The notes beneath the pieces are model-generated. The model was given only the letters and a program-made list of their open reading frames with translations. It did not search any database and was not told the origin of the DNA. This document shows, piece after piece, positions 1 through 8,657 of a stretch of 23,450 nucleotides of DNA. The DNA is from a virus. Every line of letters begins with the position of its first letter. Position 1 is the first letter of the stretch. The stretch is from the IMG/VR virus record IMGVR_UViG_3300032157_000003; one strand, given 5' to 3'. The translations under genes and the position numbers were made by a program.

Positions 1-2064
1 GCTGGGTACGCCATCCAAATCCTCGAAAAGAAGATTGCGGATGCGAAAGAGGAAATGCGACTCAACGTCGAGCGCAACGACCCGAACATGGAGTCGAAGA
101 ACAAGGCCCTGCTTGAGCAGCGTGCGGGCCTTGTAAACGACCTGATGCTGGTCAAACGCGACCTCGGCAAATCGACGCAGGACCTCAATCAGGAAGAGGC
201 CAAGGTCAACAACCGTCGCGACACCAATGCCGCGAAGGCCAAGCAGACCCGGCTGACTGACGTCTTGTCGAACGCCGGGGCGGACACTCCGAAGGAAGTC
301 ATTCAGGCTGCCATCGAGGCCTATGACAAGAACCAGCAGGAGCTGAACCGCCTGCTGGAAGAGCGCAAGGTCATCGAAGGCACGCTCTCGGCGGAGTCGA
401 AGGCTGAGATCGAAGAAGCCCAGCGCAAGCTGCTCAAGTACAAGGAGCAGAACGCCTACCTCGACCTCCTGCAACGGCAGGAGGCGGAGATTCGTGCGCG
501 CAATAACCGGGCGCTGGAGAAGCCGCTGTCGTCGGGCGACACCACCGAGGACGCCCGCCTTGGTGGCCTTGGGGTAGTTCCAGGCTCGCGCACTGACCGC
601 TCCCAATTCTTGGCGTACCAAGCCCAGTTGCTTGCGGACAACGTGGGGAGCGTCAACCGGCAGATTCAGGAAAACGAGCAAACCAAGTCGGATGCGGAAG
701 CCTTCCTGAAGGCCAACCCGGACCCGAACACTGTCGGCTACGACCAGCAATCCAAGAACCTGTCGGAGTCGTCCAAGAAAATCGACGACCTGAATGCGGA
801 GATGGACGGCTACCGCATCCGCATCGGTGAGATTCGCAACGAGCTGAACAACGTCCGTCAGACCCTGCCGGGTGCGCTGGATCAGGCGTTCAACCTCGAC
901 ACCATCATCCTCGGTCTGGAGCAGGCGGACTCTGGCGTCGAGAAGCTGGCTGTCAAGATTCACACCGCGCTGATCGCCGGGATCGAGGGCGTTGGCGATG
1001 CGTTTGCCGACTCCCTGCTGGAAGGTAAGGACTTCTTCGACTCGCTGAACGACCTGTTTATCGACACCGGTAAGCAGATTCTGCGCGACGTGATCAAGAC
1101 CTACACCACGGAGACCATCACCAGCTTCCTGAAAGGGTTCTCGCCAAAGGCGAAGGCAGACGCTGGGACATCTGACCCGGTGGGCAACCCGCTGGGCGGT
1201 GGGTTGTTTGGTATGGGTGCTGGCCTGCTGAAGAAAGGCTGGGACTGGGTGACCGGCGCCCCACCGGCAGCGAAGACCGCCCCGGCGAACGTGTCGGGTT
1301 ACGGCATTGGCATGGAGCTGCCAATCGACGAAGCCCCAGCGGGCGGCGTGCTGATCAGCTCCGCCAACCTGATGGGCACGATGGGCAAGGCTGCTGGCCT
1401 GACTGGCAGCCCTCAACCGGCACCGGCTGTGGGCAACAACACCGTGCTGGCAGACGCCGCAGCGGGCGAGGCCAAGGGGTTCTTCGCCTCCCTGTCTGAT
1501 GGCTTCAGCAGCGTCTGGGACGTCATGTCTGAGGGGTTCACTGGCGCGCTGTCCGGCATTGGTGACCTGCTGGGCATCGGCGGTGGCGGCGGTAAAGGCG
1601 GTGGCGGCGGTGTGCTGGGCCTGCTGACCGCAATCATTCCGGGCATGAAAACCGGCGGCATTATCCGTGCGGCAACCGGCGGCATCATCGTTGGTCGGGG
1701 CACAGGTACTTCTGACTCTGTACCCGGCCTCATCCGGGCCAAGAATGGTAAGCTCCATCCGCTGATGACCAGCAATGGCGAGTCGATCCTGAACGCCAAA
1801 GCCACCAGTGCCTTGGGCGAGGGCACCATTCACTCCCTGAACTCGGGCAACTTCCTGCGTGCTGATACAAGCGGCCTTAGCCGTGACAGCGCACGCATGA
1901 TGGCCGGGGTGCAGACAGGTGGTGGCGGTTCGCAAAGTAACTTTGCGAAGGTTCCGCTCAAGCAATACAACACGACTCAGGTGGCGGTCACCCCTGCTCA
2001 GATGCGTATGCGGATGGGTGACTGGCTTGAACAACACGTTATCGAGGAGCTGGGGAGCCGATGA
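1..2064 (+). CDS. Tail tape measure protein, C-terminal part (5'-truncated by the window)
   Basis: Frame is open from base 1. Long Ala/Gln/Glu/Leu-rich helical region, then Gly-rich segments and the typical TMP C-terminal motif GGII.GRGTGTSDSVP...SNGESILNAKAT. Lies upstream of tail-tip genes. Confidence 0.88.
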   Translation, partial: AGYAIQILEKKIADAKEEMRLNVERNDPNMESKNKALLEQRAGLVNDLMLVKRDLGKSTQDLNQEEAKVNNRRDTNAAKAKQTRLTDVLSNAGADTPKEVIQAAIEAYDKNQQELNRLLEERKVIEGTLSAESKAEIEEAQRKLLKYKEQNAYLDLLQRQEAEIRARNNRALEKPLSSGDTTEDARLGGLGVVPGSRTDRSQFLAYQAQLLADNVGSVNRQIQENEQTKSDAEAFLKANPDPNTVGYDQQSKNLSESSKKIDDLNAEMDGYRIRIGEIRNELNNVRQTLPGALDQAFNLDTIILGLEQADSGVEKLAVKIHTALIAGIEGVGDAFADSLLEGKDFFDSLNDLFIDTGKQILRDVIKTYTTETITSFLKGFSPKAKADAGTSDPVGNPLGGGLFGMGAGLLKKGWDWVTGAPPAAKTAPANVSGYGIGMELPIDEAPAGGVLISSANLMGTMGKAAGLTGSPQPAPAVGNNTVLADAAAGEAKGFFASLSDGFSSVWDVMSEGFTGALSGIGDLLGIGGGGGKGGGGGVLGLLTAIIPGMKTGGIIRAATGGIIVGRGTGTSDSVPGLIRAKNGKLHPLMTSNGESILNAKATSALGEGTIHSLNSGNFLRADTSGLSRDSARMMAGVQTGGGGSQSNFAKVPLKQYNTTQVAVTPAQMRMRMGDWLEQHVIEELGSR
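1929..1949. repeat. Dispersed palindrome copy 1: TTCGCAAAG-TAA-CTTTGCGAA
   Basis: Read directly; 9-bp arms (10 if the central T/A pair is counted), inside the TMP gene. Confidence 0.9.
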
Positions 2065-2279
2065 TTACCGCGATGCCATCCAAAATTGTGGCCGACGATG
2101 CCAGTTGCCTGCTGGTGTTCACCGGGCAGGCATACCGCACAGTGACTTGGGGCCTTGCCGGCCCCGGCACTCTGTCCATCCTGACCAACACCACGGACGC
2201 TAATGGAGTGGCCATGGCGATGTACAACCCCGGCGAGGCTGGCGACACGCCAACCGTCTCCGTCACTTATGCGAGCTAA
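2061..2279 (+). CDS. Small tail protein, stand-alone Ig-like (Big-1-like) domain
   Basis: ATGA overlap with the TMP stop; VTW...TTDANGVA...TVSVT pattern matches the Big-1 TDxNGxA motif. Confidence 0.65.
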   Translation: MITAMPSKIVADDASCLLVFTGQAYRTVTWGLAGPGTLSILTNTTDANGVAMAMYNPGEAGDTPTVSVTYAS

Positions 2280-2282
2280 GCC

Positions 2283-2831
2283 ATGCCAACCCTAACGTCC
2301 TCTACATTTTTCACGGTCGCCAACCAAGCCACCGCCGTTGAGACGGTGCAGCTTGTGGTGGTCCCGGCAGGCACTGGCGCGGCTGGCGGCTACGGTCGTC
2401 TGGTCCATCCGACTCTGGGCACGCTGGACTACACCCTGCCGCCCCACGAGTGGACCAACCTCGACAGCGACGTGATCATCCCGCCGACGTGGGCAGCCAC
2501 CAAGACCCTCACCTCGACCGCCAACACGCTCTGGCCGGGTGCGTTGAAGGACGTGGTGGTCACCGAAACGTGGGTGCCGGAGGCGGGCCTGTCCATGCCG
2601 ATGCCCATGCTGCGCCTAATGATGGCGTTCTACCTGAACCCACCGGACCTCGCGGTCAGCCAGTTCGTGAAGTGGTACCCAACGTACTCCAGCGCGCTCG
2701 GCTTCAACGTGATCTTGGAAGGCCTGGACATTGATGGCGTCAACCTGAAGATGACCCCGCAGACCAAGTTCACCGGGCTGATCGAGTTCCCGATCTCCCT
2801 GAAAATCCGTCCGGTTTCGAGGCTCCCATAA
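2283..2831 (+). CDS. Putative distal tail (Dit-like) protein
   Basis: 182 aa, beta-rich, positioned after TMP; function inferred from synteny only. Confidence 0.5.
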   Translation: MPTLTSSTFFTVANQATAVETVQLVVVPAGTGAAGGYGRLVHPTLGTLDYTLPPHEWTNLDSDVIIPPTWAATKTLTSTANTLWPGALKDVVVTETWVPEAGLSMPMPMLRLMMAFYLNPPDLAVSQFVKWYPTYSSALGFNVILEGLDIDGVNLKMTPQTKFTGLIEFPISLKIRPVSRLP

Positions 2832-3973
2832 TGGCGATGAAACTGATCTCCGGGCCGTTCGAGCTGAAGGACCTGTACGGCAACTACCGCGATGCCGAGG
2901 TCTTCTTCTGGTGTGATGAGCTGGACGGCTTTCTGGCGTACAGCACGTGGCGCCCTAACCCTGCCAGTCCCGATCAGGTAGACGGCATGGGCATCTTGCA
3001 GTTGGACGGCACCTTCACGCCGCGCCAGTCGAATCCGGGCGGTAGCCCCTACTACGACTTGGGCAGACGCAAGCTGGCGATGTTAGGGGGCGCACCCGAC
3101 TACAACTTTGTCCGCGATGTTGACTGGCACACGCTGCAAACGCCCTACATCCAAGAGACCACCCCGCTGAACTTCGCAGGGGATGGTGTGCATGAGTTCG
3201 ACTCGCACGCCCGGATGTTCCTGCCCGACCGCATCCTGATCCTCGGGAAACTTATCGACCCGCCGTTCTACTTCGGCACCGGCACCACCAAGGTGTTTTC
3301 GCTGGCCTACGGCGCGACCACGGCACCCGTGGCGGAACACACCATCCAGACCGAGGCGGTTCCAGGCTCCGGCGTCTTTGAAGACTGGCGCCCCTTTAGC
3401 AGCGGGGGCACGGTCAAGATGATCCAGTCCGGCACCCCGGACCGTTCGGTGTTCATCATCTGGACCAAGGGTCTTGAGTGCAGGGTGGTGGAATACGACT
3501 TCGTGCAGCACAAGACCGTGGGCTGGGTACGGCGACTGGGCAACCAGCCGCTGCTGAGTTACGAGCTGGCGATTGGCGGGCAGACCTATCCTCGGCTGGT
3601 GGGCTTCTGCGTGAAGCACAAGTTCTGGCTGGTGACGGACACCCCAGAGGCTCCGCCTGAATCGTCGTGGGGCTTCCACAGACGGATTTCGATCTTTGCC
3701 GATGAAGCTGAGCCGGCGAACCTGTCCAACCCGGTGGCTCTCTCCCCTACCCGCGCAGGCGAGGCGGTGCGCTACCGCGTGCGGCTGACAGGCGCGGATG
3801 GCGACCCCTGCATCGGGCACCGGGTAAACTGGTCCAGCTCGGACTTGGGCACGGTCAATGTCACTCAGTCCCTGACTGACGATGGCGGCTACGCTGAAAC
3901 AATGGTCTCCTACCCACCTCGCTTCGACGGCCCATGGGAAGGTACAACGATCACCGCAGAGGTGGACTACTAA
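2831..3973 (+). CDS. Virion tail-tip protein, beta-rich N-terminus plus C-terminal Ig-like domain (paralog A)
   Basis: TAATG coupling. C-terminus RVRLTGADGDPCIGHRVNWS...LTDDGGYA...TITAEV is Big-1-like. Confidence 0.7.
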   Translation: MAMKLISGPFELKDLYGNYRDAEVFFWCDELDGFLAYSTWRPNPASPDQVDGMGILQLDGTFTPRQSNPGGSPYYDLGRRKLAMLGGAPDYNFVRDVDWHTLQTPYIQETTPLNFAGDGVHEFDSHARMFLPDRILILGKLIDPPFYFGTGTTKVFSLAYGATTAPVAEHTIQTEAVPGSGVFEDWRPFSSGGTVKMIQSGTPDRSVFIIWTKGLECRVVEYDFVQHKTVGWVRRLGNQPLLSYELAIGGQTYPRLVGFCVKHKFWLVTDTPEAPPESSWGFHRRISIFADEAEPANLSNPVALSPTRAGEAVRYRVRLTGADGDPCIGHRVNWSSSDLGTVNVTQSLTDDGGYAETMVSYPPRFDGPWEGTTITAEVDY

Positions 3974-5073
3974 TGCCAATCAAACAGGTTTTTGAGAGCG
4001 CCCCCGGCGTTTACCGCACAGGGCTGCGCACTGGCGTTATCGAGGACCCTTGGGCCGGTACGCCGGAGCGTGACCGCATCTACGATGAGTACCTGTGGCC
4101 CGGAATTTCCTGGGGCGGGGCGTTCATCATCGAGAACCCGGAGAGCCCGACCGATTACCAGATTGCCTTCGTCGCCATCAACTTTGAACGGTCTACAGGG
4201 ATCGGTGAGGCTGCCAACGTCGTGACCATGTTGTGGAGCGGCCTGACTGGCGCGTTCTTGGGGCATGACACTCGGCTGGGTCTGGGCGTCTTCAAATTCC
4301 AGACCGGGGCCAACGGCACGATTCGTGGGACCCGGTTTTGGATTGTGCCGGACGGCGTGGTCTACAAGCTGAACCCGATCACCTACGAGCTGACCGAAAC
4401 CCACCCCTACGGCTTCTACGAGGGCTCCGCCCAGATTGCGTCGATCCCATGCGTGGACGAGCAGGAAGACCTCGCCCTGTTTATCGGCTTCAGCAGCGTC
4501 CATTCCTTGGGGGAAGTGGCAGTCCACCGGGAATCGACCGGCGAGTTCCTGCACAAGGTCAAGGTCTGTGGCGTTCCAGAATCCATTTTCATGGCCGAGA
4601 AGCCGCACGCCTACGTGGTGGCGAACGATGGCACCCTGACCCTGTTCAACTACATCACCGGGCAGGTGCTTGGGGTCTTGCACGCTGGCCTGACCGACAA
4701 CTTGCGGTACTGGACATGGGACCGGGTGGCGAAGCGTATCCTGTGCTTCGAGATCACCCCTGACATCCTGCCGGAGGGCCACTGCACGAGTAAATTCAGG
4801 GGCTACTACCCAATCTCCTTGGCACACGGACTGGCTGGTCCGATCCCCCTGCAAGCTCCGAGGATCGGTCGCCGCGTGGAGATGCTGACCAAGGTGTATG
4901 GCGCTGCGGGCGACGGTATCCCCGGCCAAGTGGTGAGCTACTCTCTGGAGAATCCTACAGGGACAGTCGTGGCGCCGATCCAGCACACCACTGACCTCAA
5001 CGGCAATTCGAGAACCTACGTGACGGCCTCGCTGGCTGGGGACAACACTCTTACCGCAAGCACGGTGGTGTAA
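3973..5073 (+). CDS. Virion tail-tip protein, possible beta-propeller plus C-terminal Ig-like domain (paralog B)
   Basis: Start moved to ATG 3973 (TAATG overlap, GAGGTGG upstream). C-terminus TKVYGAAGDGIPGQVVSYS...TTDLNGNS...TLTAST aligns by eye with paralog A. Confidence 0.7.
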   Translation: MPIKQVFESAPGVYRTGLRTGVIEDPWAGTPERDRIYDEYLWPGISWGGAFIIENPESPTDYQIAFVAINFERSTGIGEAANVVTMLWSGLTGAFLGHDTRLGLGVFKFQTGANGTIRGTRFWIVPDGVVYKLNPITYELTETHPYGFYEGSAQIASIPCVDEQEDLALFIGFSSVHSLGEVAVHRESTGEFLHKVKVCGVPESIFMAEKPHAYVVANDGTLTLFNYITGQVLGVLHAGLTDNLRYWTWDRVAKRILCFEITPDILPEGHCTSKFRGYYPISLAHGLAGPIPLQAPRIGRRVEMLTKVYGAAGDGIPGQVVSYSLENPTGTVVAPIQHTTDLNGNSRTYVTASLAGDNTLTASTVV

Positions 5074-5076
5074 CCC

Positions 5077-6552
5077 ATGAGAACAGACATCTACCTCCCT
5101 GCTTACGCTCTGAATGACATCGAGCGGGAGATCACCACCAAGCTCTTCAGGTCTGCGACCACGACGTGGGAGCACCTGATCATGGGCACGGCCACGCCTG
5201 ACTTCGACCTGTCGCCCTTCGTGGACAGCCTGAGCTGTTCGGCCAGCGGTGCGGACCTGTCGCTGAAGTTCAACCATGAACTGTTCGGCTCGACCCAGCC
5301 ACGCATCGGTGACTTTTTGCAGATCACTTGCGACGGACAGCCGCTGTTCAATGGGCAGGTTGACGGGTTGACTGGCTACCGGGAAGAGCGCGGTGTCCGT
5401 ACTCTCGGCCTGTCGATCAAGACTCGGGACGCCACCCCGCTGTGGCGTCAGACCAGTTGGACGACCGCCACCTACCCGGCGGGCACTGAGCTGGGCGTCA
5501 TCATTCAGGACGTGCTGAAGGCGGTAGGCCTGACCACAGGAGAGATGCCGTCCCTGTTCCTGACCGGCCTGAACACCGTCCACGGCGACACTCAGTTGGC
5601 CGACCTGCCGGTGTGGGACCTGCTCACCCTGATCCTGCAAGCCAACGGCCTGGAACCTTTCATCACGGCCACCGGCAAGATGACGACCATCTCCCGCGAC
5701 GTGATCCGCAACCACGACCTGCAACTGGAGTCCGAGGACATCCTGAGCATTTCCGGGGAGCGGGTGCGTCCGCCGATCACCAACCTTGTCGTGAAGTGGT
5801 TGAACCCGGAGCTGGCCAAGACCAACACCCAGACCCAAGTGCTGGCGAAGGAGTCGATCACTGCGGGCTTCTTCAAACTCAAGCAGGAGCGGAAGGTTTA
5901 CTGGTCGGAGGACCGGCGCCAACGGGCAGAGAACACCTTCATGAAGGTGCTGTCCTCGGTGAACGACGGCCTCTTGCCGGTGGGCGATGAGGACTACGAG
6001 CAGCGGGACGAGTTCTCCGGCAAGATCACCGTCACCACCCTGATGTGGGTGCCGACCTTGGCCACCATCACCATGTCCATCATGCTCCTGTCGGCAGCCC
6101 TGCCGGACGGCGTGGCCTCCCTCGGCGGTGGTGTGACCATCCCGATTGGCCGGCGGATCGAGGCAGCGGGTCAGGTGGCCTACTTCCTGATCATCATGTC
6201 GCTGGGCACTGGCAACTATGAAATCTGGGGCGACCCTTACGACTACGTGCATGAGACCAACACCACCGAAGCCTACGACCAGAACGCCCCGGCGTGGGTA
6301 CGGCTGGAGGAAACCATCTCGTCCGACTTCATCATGAACGAAGCCCATGCGCAGGCGATGGCCGTCCGTGAGCTGCTGTATCGCAGCATGTCGGCGCACA
6401 GTTGGAACGTGGATATTGTCGACAACCCGCTGATCGAGAAGGGTGACATCCTGCGCCTGCCGGACGGTTCCAGGCTCTACGTGGTCGACTACTCCCGCGA
6501 CCTGTCGCACGGTGCGCCTGCCGTGCTTTCTGTGAAGGGGTTCCGTGTATGA
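5077..6552 (+). CDS. Baseplate hub / central tail protein (Tal/gpD-like)
   Basis: DLSPFVDSL, IGDFLQI...LFNGQVD and C-terminal NPLIEKGDILRL patterns are typical of hub proteins; synteny agrees. Confidence 0.65.
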   Translation: MRTDIYLPAYALNDIEREITTKLFRSATTTWEHLIMGTATPDFDLSPFVDSLSCSASGADLSLKFNHELFGSTQPRIGDFLQITCDGQPLFNGQVDGLTGYREERGVRTLGLSIKTRDATPLWRQTSWTTATYPAGTELGVIIQDVLKAVGLTTGEMPSLFLTGLNTVHGDTQLADLPVWDLLTLILQANGLEPFITATGKMTTISRDVIRNHDLQLESEDILSISGERVRPPITNLVVKWLNPELAKTNTQTQVLAKESITAGFFKLKQERKVYWSEDRRQRAENTFMKVLSSVNDGLLPVGDEDYEQRDEFSGKITVTTLMWVPTLATITMSIMLLSAALPDGVASLGGGVTIPIGRRIEAAGQVAYFLIIMSLGTGNYEIWGDPYDYVHETNTTEAYDQNAPAWVRLEETISSDFIMNEAHAQAMAVRELLYRSMSAHSWNVDIVDNPLIEKGDILRLPDGSRLYVVDYSRDLSHGAPAVLSVKGFRV

Positions 6553-7061
6553 GTGGATACCTGACGTACCTGATGCGGGCAGAGATCGACCAAGCCACCC
6601 GCGAGATCGACGGCACGACCCTGACCCGCCCTACCCTGCTGATCACGGACGGCATCGGCCTGACCTACGGCGTGGACGTGGACGTGGGCGTGAAGGCCAT
6701 CGACAACAACACGGGCGACGAAGTGGTCACCCCGCTGCGCAACGTGCCCATCGCGGCGGCGAACAAGGACTTGATCTACACCGACATCGGCTCGGCGGTG
6801 CGCTTGCGGCGCTCGGACTCTGGCAGGTGGGAGGTGGTAGGCTTCTCCAAGCGGCGCGTAGGGACATATACAAGGGTGGGTGTCGTTATCCCTGAACCCG
6901 GTTTCGATCCGGTTCCCTATACTATCGCCACGCCTGTCAGCATTGGCTTGTCCGCCAGAGCTATTACCTACGGGGAGCTGGCGACCTACGGCGGCTACGG
7001 GACAGTGCCCTACGGAACCACGGCCATTTTCAGTGGCGACACCCTTCTTGAGCTGAGGTAA
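6549..7061 (+). CDS. Tail-tip protein of unknown function (possible OB-fold)
   Basis: ATGA overlap with the hub gene; beta-rich LRNVPI...GSAVRL...WEVVG segment. Confidence 0.6.
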   Translation: MSGYLTYLMRAEIDQATREIDGTTLTRPTLLITDGIGLTYGVDVDVGVKAIDNNTGDEVVTPLRNVPIAAANKDLIYTDIGSAVRLRRSDSGRWEVVGFSKRRVGTYTRVGVVIPEPGFDPVPYTIATPVSIGLSARAITYGELATYGGYGTVPYGTTAIFSGDTLLELR

Positions 7062-7064
7062 CAC

Positions 7065-8654
7065 ATGCCAATTTCTCTGCAATCGTTCGCCATTGGTGAC
7101 GCGAACTACATCAGCAAGCACAACGCCAACGTCGCCGCCCTGCTGTCCTTTCTGGGGAGCGTGGAGTCCACGCTGGCTACCGTGTCGGGCGCCAGCAGCG
7201 GCGCGGCGAACGCGGCGAACATTGGCTCGGCCACCTACGGTGCCAGCGGCATGGTGTTCGTAGGTTCCGATGCGTTCTCCGACAGCACCAGCGGCACGAA
7301 CCTCACCCTGACCGGCGGCTTCTGCTGGGATGGGACCATGGGCATGATGCACTACAAGGACACCAGCACGGTGATCCCGTTTGTAGGGCTGGCGGCAGGG
7401 ACCTACTACATCCGCTTTGACGGGACCGACACTCCATATGCCGACACCATCACCTCCAGCGCGATCTACAGCGTGGTGTGGGGTGGGTCGACCTTCAGCA
7501 CCATCACCCAGCTCGCCACCATCACCCCGACCGCACCAGACATCAGCGCGTTGAACGCCAGCACCTACTCGGGCATCACCTACGCGACCCCGGCTCAGCG
7601 CCTGCTCGCCACGGAGAAGGCCTTCAGCGACCTGCTGGCGGCAGACATGAGCGTGGGCAACTTCACTCCTACAGCCGCGCAGGCGATGGAAGCCATCGGC
7701 CTGCGGCTGACCGGCGCGGTGACTGCCAACCGGACCATCACCGTGCCGAACAAGGACAAGGTGTATCTGGTCGTCAACGAGTTCACCGGAGCCTTCACTG
7801 TGACGGTGAAGACGGCGGCAGGGACGGGTATCGCGCTGGAGGCCGGCGAGAGCGCTGTCCTGTATTGCGACAGCACCAACGTGGTTCATATTTTCCGCCA
7901 AGGCGGGAACGTCCCGATCAACAGCTTGCTCAAGTTGAACGACACCCCGGACTCCTACACCGGCCAAGGCTTGAAACTGCTGCGCGTGCGGGAGGACGAG
8001 ACGGGCACCGAGTTGGTGGCCCCTGCCTCGGTGCTGACCTCCACCCTTGTGGTCAAGGACGAAGGCTCGGCGGTTGACAGTGCGGTGGCCGGGATCAACT
8101 TCGAGGGCTCTGGCGTAGCCGTGACCCAGACCTCTGCCGGTCAGGTGAAGGTCACGGTCACTGGCAGTGGCCCGCTGTCGGTCGAGGACGAAGGCGTAGA
8201 GGTGGACGCTGCCACCGTCCTGATCAACTTCGAGGGCGACGGCGTGACTGTCACACAGACCGCCAGCGGCCAGATTCTGGTGACGATCCCAGGTGCTACA
8301 GGCGGCGCGGTGGACTACGACCTCTCGACCTACATTGCCGACAAACGCCCAAGCGGTGCGGTCGCGTATCGCCACACCTTCACCAAGGCGGTGGACTTCG
8401 CGGCGAACTTCGCCCTGTCGGACGCCGATGCGGTGGCGGCGGCTACGGCCTCGGCTGTGTTCCTGATCAAGAAAAACGGGACCCAAGTCGGCACCCTGAC
8501 CTTCGCAGCCTCGGGCACCACCGGCACCTTCGCCACCACGGGCGGCTTGACGGTGAGTTTCGTTGCCGGTGACATCCTTGAGATCACCGCGCCAAGCCCG
8601 CAGGACGCTACCCTGCTGGGCGTCTCCATCACGATGGCCGGTGTGAGGGCCTAA
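7065..8654 (+). CDS. Tail fibre / structural protein with two 43-aa repeats and a C-terminal beta domain
   Basis: GAGGT RBS; Thr/Ala/Gly/Ser-rich; tandem LxVxDEGxxVD...INFEGxGVxVTQTxxGQ repeats. Confidence 0.75.
   Translation: MPISLQSFAIGDANYISKHNANVAALLSFLGSVESTLATVSGASSGAANAANIGSATYGASGMVFVGSDAFSDSTSGTNLTLTGGFCWDGTMGMMHYKDTSTVIPFVGLAAGTYYIRFDGTDTPYADTITSSAIYSVVWGGSTFSTITQLATITPTAPDISALNASTYSGITYATPAQRLLATEKAFSDLLAADMSVGNFTPTAAQAMEAIGLRLTGAVTANRTITVPNKDKVYLVVNEFTGAFTVTVKTAAGTGIALEAGESAVLYCDSTNVVHIFRQGGNVPINSLLKLNDTPDSYTGQGLKLLRVREDETGTELVAPASVLTSTLVVKDEGSAVDSAVAGINFEGSGVAVTQTSAGQVKVTVTGSGPLSVEDEGVEVDAATVLINFEGDGVTVTQTASGQILVTIPGATGGAVDYDLSTYIADKRPSGAVAYRHTFTKAVDFAANFALSDADAVAAATASAVFLIKKNGTQVGTLTFAASGTTGTFATTGGLTVSFVAGDILEITAPSPQDATLLGVSITMAGVRA
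8046..8294 (+). repeat. Intragenic tandem duplication, about 129-nt period (2 copies)
   Basis: GGACGAAGGC, GATCAACTTCGAGGGC and CAGACC blocks recur 129 nt apart (units start at 8046 and 8175). Confidence 0.85.
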
Positions 8655-8657
8655 CCC

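Noticed and set aside
8244-8254. GTGACTGTCAC palindromes (similar ones near 10500 and 11800) resembling matS
   Set aside because: Spacer is 1 nt rather than 3, and Val-Thr-Val-Thr codons explain them.
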